From contig JAXHMH010000002.1 in NCBI GenBank assembly GCA_034521515.1, positions 216,379 to 280,378 of the forward strand: a stretch of 64,000 bases of DNA, written 5' to 3'. Below, one piece after another: positions 11,722 to 18,429 of this stretch. Positions within the stretch are counted from its first letter, which is position 1. Each line of letters opens with the position of its first letter. Both the position numbers and the translations under genes were made by a program. This DNA is from Candidatus Saccharimonadota bacterium. Its GTDB lineage: Bacteria > Patescibacteriota > Saccharimonadia > Saccharimonadales > JAXHMH01. The notes below the pieces were generated by a model. The model saw nothing but the letters and a program-made list of their open reading frames with translations, did no database searches and had not been told where the DNA came from.

Positions 11722-12522
11722 GCATCGAATCTACTATTTTATGTACAAAAAGTCAAGCATTATTAGTAGTTGTATTTACAACTATACAGATATAAACTTA
11801 GTTATTATATAAAAATTTATATAATAATATTGTTGTTGTAATTACGTTATATATGAATAGATTTTAGTTACTCTGATGAAGTAATATAATTTTAAAGTTA
11901 TTGAATTTATCATTACTTAGGCTGCACATATCAGCTTTTAAAAATACATTTAACAATGCACTGTAGCGTATACATTATTAGTAGTTTTGCCTGTCAAATT
12001 ACCCAAAGTATGGCAACGTATAGCAACCAAACCCTCGATCTGTTCCGGCCTATTTAGGTCTCTTGCCTAGAATTAAGAAGTTATTGTTATGAGCACATTG
12101 CAGCTAAACTCGACTGTACCGCCCGTAATAAAACGTATTAATTAACAAACTAGCAACCTTAGAACCATAAATACCCTACAGTACCGTAATTTCCGTACCC
12201 TATATTAATAGCTAAACACGCAAAACCTAGCATATATAAAAAGCCCCAACGATAGTCGCCATTACGTATTAAAGCCGTGGGACGTTATGCGGGAACCGAT
12301 AACCTATCGTAGACAACCTCGATAGCGCAAAACGGTAATTTAAATCTATTATATTACTTAATTTAATCTGCCTTTGAACTGACCTGCCATAACGATTCGT
12401 CTTGCCCTATTTATATTTAGATTGAGCCCTAATGACCAATCAAAATAGGTCAAATACATCTTATTTTTTAATCATCGACGACGGGAAGTTATACACAAGC
12501 TAAAAAATAAACCGTAAACGTG

Positions 12523-12551
12523 TTGACAGGCTCGTTTATGGTGGCTAATAT
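12523..12551 (+). promoter_or_regulatory. Near-consensus sigma70-type promoter
   Basis: TTGACA (12523-28), 17-nt spacer, TAATAT (12546-51). Confidence 0.5.
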
Positions 12552-12557
12552 AAGGTC

Positions 12558-12709
12558 AGCACTTGAATAAAAAAAGTGCTCAAAAACAAAAACGCAATCT
12601 GTAACAACGGCTTCTCGCAAGCCGTTGTTCAATATAAAACCAAGACCACCCACAAAAAACTTAAAACCAAAAACATAAAGCAGTCCCGGTTTAACGGGAC
12701 TGCTTTTTT
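12558..12709 (+). ncRNA. Candidate ~150-nt small RNA or comM leader (unassigned family)
   Basis: Starts after the 12523 promoter. Hairpins AGCACT...AGTGCT and AACAACGGCTT-ctcgc-AAGCCGTTGTT, long A/C-rich single-stranded runs, and terminator GCAGTCCCG-gttta-CGGGACTGC + TTTTTT (12679-12709). Confidence 0.4.
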
Positions 12710-12743
12710 GTATATAATAGAATTAAGTAAACGAGGTGGGTGT

Positions 12744-14258
12744 ATGAGCGCAACGGTTCAAAGCATTGCGATAGCGGGTGACGATTGTCCGGTTATTGAT
12801 GTTGAGTGCAATATGTCTAATGGCTTGCCCAATTTGCTTATCGTCGGGTTTGCCAACAAGGCAGTTGAAGAAGCCCGTGAACGTGTCCGCAGCGCTTTTA
12901 GTAACTCTGACTTGGACATGCCAAAAAAACGAATAATTATCAATCTCGCGCCCGCCGATCTACCAAAAGAAAGCCCCAGCTTTGACGCAGCAATCGCCAC
13001 CTCAATTTTACTGGCAAGTGGTCAAGTCAAGCAGCGACCTCCACAAAAGACACTTATTATGGGTGAGCTGGGTCTGGATGGAAGCATACGTCCGGTGCGT
13101 GGAATTATTGGCGCTATAATAAGCGGGAAGAAAAAAGGCTTCACCACTTTTTATATACCAAAAAAGAACCAACGGCAGGCCGCACTCATACCTGACATCA
13201 CTGTTATCCCTGTTAACAGCCTCCGCGAAATATATCTCGATCTTACAAAAACCGTCCAGATTAGCCCTCTTATCCCGAAAGATTCGCACTATATCCATAA
13301 ACAACAGGAGAGCGCGACTGATTTTTGCCACGTTGTGGGACAAGCCCGAGCAAAGCGCGCTCTAGAGATTGCTGCAGCCGGCGCACATAACATCCTTCTT
13401 AATGGCCCTCCCGGCACCGGTAAGAGTATGCTTGCCAAAGCAATTCCTAGCATTCTTGCCCCCTTAGAGCTTGACGAAATTTTAGAAATCACTCATTTAC
13501 ATAGTCTTGCAACCAAACAGTTCGATAAAATACTTACCAACCGCCCCTTCCGATCACCTCATCATAGTGCCAGCGAAATAGCCATTATTGGCGGCGGTCA
13601 GAAGCCACGGCCAGGCGAAATTAGCCTCAGCCACCGAGGTGTGCTGTTTTTTGATGAATTTCCAGAGTTTGATCGCAATGTTATTGAAGCTTTGCGTCAA
13701 CCATTAGAAGACAAAACAATAACTGTGACTCGAGCTAAGGACAGCTTTACATTCCCGGCAGATTTTATACTCGTTGCTACTGCCAACCCTTGTCCTTGCG
13801 GCTATTACGGCACCGATAAAACTTGTAGCTGCATGCCTTCCCAAATTGTAAAATACCAGCGAAAACTCTCAGGGCCTATCATAGACAGAATCGACATGCA
13901 TATAGATGTTGAGGAGGTGCAACACGAACATCTACTCAAAGATGGACGAGAAGAAAACAGCCAAACTATTAGGCAACGTGTCATAAAAGCTCGTAGCGCG
14001 CAACAAAAACGATTCTCTAACCCATCTAAAACCAACTCAACCCTTACAAATCAGGAAATTAAGCGTCACGCTCAACTTGACACTACGGCAGAAAAGCTAC
14101 TAAATGACGCCGCCAAGCGACTAGATATATCACCTAGAAGCTATATGAGGCTTATAAAAGTGGCTCGAACCATTGCCGACCTTGACGATAGCAACAACGT
14201 AACCGTACCGCATATTAGCGAAGCCTTACAATATAGACGACAAACTACTCAATTATAG
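12744..14258 (+). CDS. comM: Mg-chelatase-like AAA+ ATPase, YifB/ComM family (start trimmed to ATG 12744)
   Basis: Lon-like N-terminal domain, Walker A GPPGTGKSM, ATANPCPCGYYG, C-terminal ChlI-type domain. GAGGTGG SD lies before ATG 12744. The track's upstream extension covers the candidate sRNA and its terminator. Confidence 0.85.
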   Translation: MSATVQSIAIAGDDCPVIDVECNMSNGLPNLLIVGFANKAVEEARERVRSAFSNSDLDMPKKRIIINLAPADLPKESPSFDAAIATSILLASGQVKQRPPQKTLIMGELGLDGSIRPVRGIIGAIISGKKKGFTTFYIPKKNQRQAALIPDITVIPVNSLREIYLDLTKTVQISPLIPKDSHYIHKQQESATDFCHVVGQARAKRALEIAAAGAHNILLNGPPGTGKSMLAKAIPSILAPLELDEILEITHLHSLATKQFDKILTNRPFRSPHHSASEIAIIGGGQKPRPGEISLSHRGVLFFDEFPEFDRNVIEALRQPLEDKTITVTRAKDSFTFPADFILVATANPCPCGYYGTDKTCSCMPSQIVKYQRKLSGPIIDRIDMHIDVEEVQHEHLLKDGREENSQTIRQRVIKARSAQQKRFSNPSKTNSTLTNQEIKRHAQLDTTAEKLLNDAAKRLDISPRSYMRLIKVARTIADLDDSNNVTVPHISEALQYRRQTTQL

Positions 14259-14269
14259 GTACATTTTTG

Positions 14270-14298
14270 TTGACCTCTGTTCTTTTATCTGTTAAAAT
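14270..14298 (+). promoter_or_regulatory. Candidate promoter of infC-rpmI-rplT
   Basis: TTGACC (14270-75), 17-nt spacer, TAAAAT (14293-98). Confidence 0.45.
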
Positions 14299-14340
14299 CC
14301 TATTCAATCGGCTAAAGTTAATGCTTAAGGAGTTAGACCC

Positions 14341-14973
14341 ATCGACAAGTTCACCCGCCTGAACGGAACAATTCGGGCACCACAACTGCGCGTCGTAGAC
14401 GACGAAGGACAGCAGTTAGGCGTCATGTCACGCGAGGAGGCGCTACGAGCTGCAGAAGAACGAAGTCTTGACCTTGTCGAAATATCCCCTAACGCAAACC
14501 CGCCGGTTGCCAAGATAGTAGACTGGGGTAAGTTTAACTATCAACGAACTAAACAACTCCAAAAGAATAAGAAGAACGCCAAAGCTCCAGAAATGAAGCA
14601 AATGCGTTTTGGGCTAAAGATTGGCGAGCACGACCTAGGAGTGAAACTTAGAAAAGTCACTGACTTCTTAGAGTCTGGACACAAAGTTAAACTTACTGTG
14701 TTTTATCGCGGAAGAGAGTTGGCTCACAAAGATCTGGGGTTTAAACTCGCCGAGAAAATAATCTCTGATTACGGTGATATGATAATCGTTGACCAAAAAC
14801 CCCAGCTAGCCGGCAAACAGTTACACTTTGTTATAAGGGGCAACCCGGCAGCCAAATCCATGAAGAAACCTCAACCAAAAGAGGAAACTGACAATAAGTC
14901 CATAACATCGATAAAGGGATTAGATAAACTAGAACGTTCGGGAGGACAAGATGCCAAAGCAGAAAACGCATAG
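14341..14973 (+). CDS. infC: Translation initiation factor IF-3 with a non-ATG start (ATC at 14341)
   Basis: The conserved IF-3 N-domain (RLNGTIRAPQLRVVDDEGQQLGV) lies upstream of the first ATG (14425). An in-frame TAA sits at 14326. No ATG/GTG/TTG lies between them; AAGGAG is 8 nt before the ATC. Confidence 0.82.
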   Translation: MDKFTRLNGTIRAPQLRVVDDEGQQLGVMSREEALRAAEERSLDLVEISPNANPPVAKIVDWGKFNYQRTKQLQKNKKNAKAPEMKQMRFGLKIGEHDLGVKLRKVTDFLESGHKVKLTVFYRGRELAHKDLGFKLAEKIISDYGDMIIVDQKPQLAGKQLHFVIRGNPAAKSMKKPQPKEETDNKSITSIKGLDKLERSGGQDAKAENA

Positions 14974-15145
14974 TGGTACAAAAGCAAGAATACGTGTAAC
15001 CAAGAACGGCAAAGTTATGCGTCGCCACTCAACCGGAAACCACTTTCTACAGAAGAAGAGTGCCGCTAGAAAACGTCGTTTTGCTGGCGTAGAGCAACTT
15101 ATCGGCACACAAGCCAAGAATATTAAGAAAAGACTGGGAGTTTAG
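14951..15145 (+). CDS. rpmI: 50S ribosomal protein L35
   Basis: 64 aa, MPKQKTHSGTKARIRVTKNGKV...; overlaps the infC 3' end by 23 nt. Confidence 0.92.
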   Translation: MPKQKTHSGTKARIRVTKNGKVMRRHSTGNHFLQKKSAARKRRFAGVEQLIGTQAKNIKKRLGV

Positions 15146-15148
15146 AAG

Positions 15149-15493
15149 ATGCGCGTTAAAAGAGGCGTTACTACAAACCGTAAGCATAAAAAGATCCGCC
15201 AAGCAACAAAGGGCATGTCACGTACAAACCGCGTAAGTGTTCGTCGCGGTAAACAAGCTATTACCCGCTCATTGCATAACGCTTACCGAGATCGCCGTAA
15301 TCGCAAACGTACTTTCCGTCAATTATGGAATATACGCATTAACGCAGCTGCACGAGAGAACAGCACAACCTACAGCCGGTTAATCGCCGGTATGAAAAAG
15401 GCTGACGTGAACATCGACCGCAAGATGTTAGCTGAGCTTGCTGTAAACGAGCCTAAAGCTTTCACTGAAGTCGTCAAAACGGCACAGAAGTAA
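15149..15493 (+). CDS. rplT: 50S ribosomal protein L20
   Basis: 114 aa, MRVKRGVTTNRKHKKI...; canonical infC-rpmI-rplT order. Confidence 0.95.
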   Translation: MRVKRGVTTNRKHKKIRQATKGMSRTNRVSVRRGKQAITRSLHNAYRDRRNRKRTFRQLWNIRINAAARENSTTYSRLIAGMKKADVNIDRKMLAELAVNEPKAFTEVVKTAQK

Positions 15494-15520
15494 TCTTCCG
15501 CCCTTAAAATATTTAAAAAA

Positions 15521-15544
15521 CCGCTCAACAGGGAGCGGTTTTTT
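15521..15544. terminator. Bidirectional intrinsic terminator (rplT on +, probably rnpB on -)
   Basis: CCGCTC-aacagg-GAGCGG flanked by an A-run on the left and a T-run on the right. Confidence 0.7.
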
Positions 15545-15548
15545 AAGT

Positions 15549-15649
15549 GTCAGCCCAGTAGTAGACTTTTGAGTTAGCGCGCTTTCGATGCAAACCTATT
15601 AGATTTCAGTTTTGCTGAAATCCTTCTCAAAAGCTCACTACTGGGTCAG
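15549..15649 (-). mobile_element. ~100-nt terminal-inverted-repeat hairpin element, copy 1 (MITE-like)
   Basis: GTCAG-CCCAGTAGTAGA...GCTCACTACTGGG-TCAG. The same termini are seen at 55974-56069. Flanked by TCAG/TCAG. Confidence 0.5.
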
Positions 15650-15675
15650 ATTATCTATAAGCCGGGTTCTGTTCA

Positions 15676-15742
15676 CCCCGCACCTTTTCGTGGCGACTTA
15701 TCAATCTGGTTGCAGACTGTTTCGCCCAGAAAAGGTGCGGGG
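15676..15742 (-). repeat. 66-67-nt hairpin module inside rnpB (P18 position)
   Basis: CCCCGCACC...CAGTCTG-CAAC-CAGATTG...GGTGCGGGG. Near-identical to 15915-15980. Confidence 0.75.
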
Positions 15743-15914
15743 GAGCCAATCATCTATCTAGCTCTAGGATTGTTCCTAGAATCGAGCGGATCTTATGATG
15801 CATCTTCGGCGGGGAACCGTATGAAGACACACCTCCTTGCAGCAGACAGGGTTTACCATTTTCCATCGTCACCGACAGGAACTGTGGGCTCTTACCCCAC
15901 TCGTTTCACCTTTA

Positions 15915-15980
15915 CCCCGCACCACTTCAAGGTGCTAAACAATCTGGTTGCAAACTGTATCGCCCTGAAGTGGTGCGGGG
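15915..15980 (-). repeat. 66-nt hairpin module inside rnpB (P8/P9 position)
   Basis: CCCCGCACC...CAGTTTG-CAAC-CAGATTG...GGTGCGGGG. Paralogue of 15676-15742. Confidence 0.75.
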
Positions 15981-16165
15981 TAGTTTCGTTTCTGTGGCAC
16001 TTTCCCTAGGGTTGCCCCCGGTCGCCGTTAGCGACTGTCTTCCCCTTCGCTGCCCGGACTTTCCTCCCCCTCACCAGCTTTCAGGAGAACAAGCCTTGGC
16101 TTGCTTCTGCCTGGAAAGTGGTGAGGGGGCGATCGGCCGATAGTCTGACCTTTTTATTATATCAT

Positions 16166-16843
16166 CTACTTCTTAGATTCAGCGTCGAGAACCTCATTCA
16201 CTTCAGAATCTGCTAACTTATTTAGCTTACGAGGTACATGTGTAAAAGTAACGCTTTTAAACTGTTCAACCAGCTTTTTTATCGCTTCGTGAATTGGCCA
16301 TAAGTCCCGGTTTTTAACCTTAAAAATACCCTTCATCTGATTAACAACAAGCATGCTGTCCATATAGGCGTCAATTTCTTGAGCCCCAAGTTTTAGCGCT
16401 TCTTCAAGCCCCAGTTTAAGAGACTGATATTCCGCTTGATTGTTGGTAGTTATGCCAAGATATTCACCACTTTTCTTTATGACCGTATCGTCTAAATCAA
16501 GTAGTACATAACCGGATGCTGATGGGCCAGGATTCCCGCGAGAACCACCATCAGAATACATTTTTATGTGCTTATGCGTCTTGGGTTTACTGGAACTTTT
16601 TTTGCCCCCATCAGCCACCAAGTCAATGGCTTTGGCTAGACTTTTATCTTTATCTGTCACCTTACCTTCGGCCTCGTGGGTACTAAGCCAAATTTTCACC
16701 TTATTCCACTCATTCTCCCATCTTGGATGGTGTTGCTGTTTTTCTGCCTCTTCTGCTACCGCCTGCATAAAACTAAAAGCTTCGTTAAAATCTTTAAACT
16801 TAAACTCTTTATATAGCTGGTTGTTTGTTTCTTGCCATTTCAT
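16166..16843 (-). CDS. Fusion protein: pterin-4a-carbinolamine dehydratase (PCD/DCoH)-like domain + RNase HI domain
   Basis: N-terminus [61 protein letters not shown] (PCD signature). C-terminus [19 protein letters not shown]...NNQAEYQSL...DSMLVVNQM...NKLADS (RNase H D-E-D-D type). Confidence 0.75.
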   Translation of the reverse strand: MKWQETNNQLYKEFKFKDFNEAFSFMQAVAEEAEKQQHHPRWENEWNKVKIWLSTHEAEGKVTDKDKSLAKAIDLVADGGKKSSSKPKTHKHIKMYSDGGSRGNPGPSASGYVLLDLDDTVIKKSGEYLGITTNNQAEYQSLKLGLEEALKLGAQEIDAYMDSMLVVNQMKGIFKVKNRDLWPIHEAIKKLVEQFKSVTFTHVPRKLNKLADSEVNEVLDAESKK

Positions 16844-16963
16844 CTACCTACATTCTAACAGATTACTGACTGACAGAAGCTACGTTCTGCAACAAGCAGC
16901 ATGTCCTTACGTTTAAGACGATTTAGTTACAACTGTCTGCTAAAATACAGGGGTAATCTATAT

Positions 16964-17030
16964 CGGGGTGTGGCCCCGCCTGTCTGTCTGACAAGACGGG
17001 CTGGGTAGTTGGTAGCGCGTACGGCTGGGG
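16964..17030 (+). pseudogene. tRNA-Pro 5'-half fragment interrupted by a 32-nt insertion
   Basis: CGGGGTGTGGC (16964-74) and AGTTGGTAGCGCGTACGGCTGGGG (17007-30) are identical to the 5' half of the tRNA at 17168. The segment 16975-17006 replaces GC. There is no 3' half. Confidence 0.6.
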
Positions 17031-17167
17031 TGAGCACTGCCAGTGGCAGTGTGCAAGTAAATCTTCTCTTGGAAATTTATTTCCAAAGACGAAGTTTCGG
17101 GGTCGCTGGAGGCGACCGTAAGGGTTTCACGGCCTTTTATAGTTTAAGTTATACTAGCATTTGTTGT

Positions 17168-17243
17168 CGGGGTGTGGCGCAGTTGGTAGCGCGTACGGCT
17201 GGGGGCCGTGAGGTCGCAGGTTCAAGTCCTGTCACCCCGACCA
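17168..17243 (+). tRNA. tRNA-Pro (GGG), CCA encoded
   Basis: Manual cloverleaf: acceptor CGGGGTG/CACCCCG, D GCGC/GCGC, anticodon stem TACGG/CCGTG, loop CTGGGGG, T-arm GCAGG-TTCAAGT-CCTGT. 76 nt. Confidence 0.9.
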
Positions 17244-17261
17244 CGTCAGAAATAACTACAA

Positions 17262-17311
17262 CCTCGCCTGAAATTTTGGCAATCAAGTGACCAAAATTTG
17301 GCGAGATTTTT
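17262..17311 (+). terminator. Long-stem intrinsic terminator after tRNA-Pro
   Basis: CCTCGCCTGAAATTTTGG...CCAAAATTTGGCGAG followed by ATTTTTGTTTTT. Confidence 0.6.
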
Positions 17312-17493
17312 GTTTTTCTTCCTCTTCCGATTCACGAATCCTCTCGTGAATCGGGGCGGAAACCATATCCAGGTTTTTCCTGGGCTTTTTCTATTGGTGA
17401 CTGATTTGAACCTGCGTCGCCAGGTTAGTCAGGCGCGGAAGCCCTGGCGCTCTGTCCTGTCACTCAACCATATAAACAGCCTGTAATAGAAAA

Positions 17494-17524
17494 ACGTCCA
17501 AATCTTGCTGTTTGGACGTTTTTC
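17494..17524 (+). terminator. Intrinsic terminator closing an unassigned structured region
   Basis: ACGTCCAAA-tcttgctg-TTTGGACGT + TTTTC. Confidence 0.5.
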
Positions 17525-17682
17525 TTATGAGCTGAGGCCAGTATGACAACCTGGTAGTAATCCCCAGGTGGGTACCCGCACGATGCCACCACGGTGACAC
17601 ACGAATATTGAGTTCCCTAATGATAAGTAATCAGATTATCATTTCGCTGGCGTTCTCAGCCGTAAGCTCCATTATAAATTAC

Positions 17683-18318
17683 CTACGCGCCGAGTAAAAG
17701 CCTATAAATCGTATCGATCCACGTACCCAAAAGCGGCGCGATATACGGAAAGCCCAGGAAAAAGAATATAAAAAATCCGAATAGCCCGAATGACTCAATC
17801 TGAGTCATAAATTTTTGCACTGGTTCTGGCGCAACGGCGTACAATGCTCTCGACCCATCAAGTGGTGGAAACGGAATCATATTAAATACAAAGAAACCGA
17901 TGTTTACGATAATAAATGTCAGAAGTCCCATCAATAATATCTCTGGCAGCATCGGCCCAACAGCACGAAAGATAAACGCCGCAGCTATAGCAAGCACCAG
18001 ATTCGTCAATGGTCCTGCTATAGCAACCAGTGCTGCGCCATACTCTTCAAATCGTACTCGAAACGGGTTAAATGGAACTGGCTTAGCCGCACCTAAAACC
18101 GGCGCACCCATCAACGCTAAAAGTACTGGCATGCCAATTGTTAAAAACGGATCTATATGCTTGAGCGGATTTAGGGTTAATCTACCCTGTAAATAAGCCG
18201 TGTCATCACCCAGCCAATGTGCTGTAAATGCGTGCATTGCTTCATGCAATGTCAATGAAACCAGTATTGTGCCAATAATAACGGCTATGCCAGCCGGACT
18301 GCTAATAAATTCAACCAT
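17683..18318 (-). CDS. Site-2 protease family (peptidase M50) membrane metalloprotease (start trimmed to ATG 18318)
   Basis: HEAMHAF (HExxH) and NMIPFPPLDGS (NxxPxxxLDG), multi-TM. The track's 39-aa N-terminal extension overlaps the divergent rpmB promoter region. Confidence 0.75.
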   Translation of the reverse strand: MVEFISSPAGIAVIIGTILVSLTLHEAMHAFTAHWLGDDTAYLQGRLTLNPLKHIDPFLTIGMPVLLALMGAPVLGAAKPVPFNPFRVRFEEYGAALVAIAGPLTNLVLAIAAAFIFRAVGPMLPEILLMGLLTFIIVNIGFFVFNMIPFPPLDGSRALYAVAPEPVQKFMTQIESFGLFGFFIFFFLGFPYIAPLLGTWIDTIYRLLLGA

Positions 18319-18429
18319 ACCATGACAGTATACCAACCGTTGACTTATAAGAGAAAAACAGATACAATTGCCAATCGAATATTCCGTTATTGAAACGAAC
18401 GGGCAACAAAGGAACAGAAGGATAAACCC

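Larger units (their letters stand above)
15644..16150 (-). ncRNA. rnpB: RNase P RNA, bacterial type A, unusually long (~507 nt)
   Basis: Minus strand contains GGGGAGGAAAGTCCGGGC (CR-I), GTGCCACAGAAA, GGTGAAACGAGTGGGGTAAGAGCCCAC and ACAGAACCCGGCTTAT (CR-V). P1 pairs GGTCAGA (16150-16144) with TCTGACC (15650-15644). TATAAT lies ~7 nt upstream. Confidence 0.88.

Noticed and set aside
11758-11986. 14-nt direct repeat CATTATTAGTAGTT (11758-71 and 11973-86) flanking the AT-rich core as possible element boundaries
   Set aside because: In 64 kb, several exact 14-mer repeats are expected by chance (on the order of 2e9 pairs against 2.7e8 possible 14-mers), more so in AT-rich DNA. There is no further supporting structure.
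15710-16009. Track ORFs lying on RNA genes (15710-16009 on rnpB; 17009-17290 on tRNA-Pro; 28793-29099 and 29662-29874 on tRNA-Gly/Thr/Asp; 31656-31958 on tRNA-Arg)
   Set aside because: They overlap well-supported RNA genes, have no recognisable protein features, and exist only because structured GC-rich RNA genes lack stops.
17400-17470. SRP (4.5S) RNA, suggested by GTCAGGCGCGGAAGCC resembling GUCAGGUCCGGAAGGAAGCAGCC
   Set aside because: The 3' strand lacks the conserved GGAAGCAGCC/AGCA symmetric-loop residues. The 5' and 3' sides of the GGAA loop are grossly asymmetric (12 versus 2 nt), which is not a domain IV fold.
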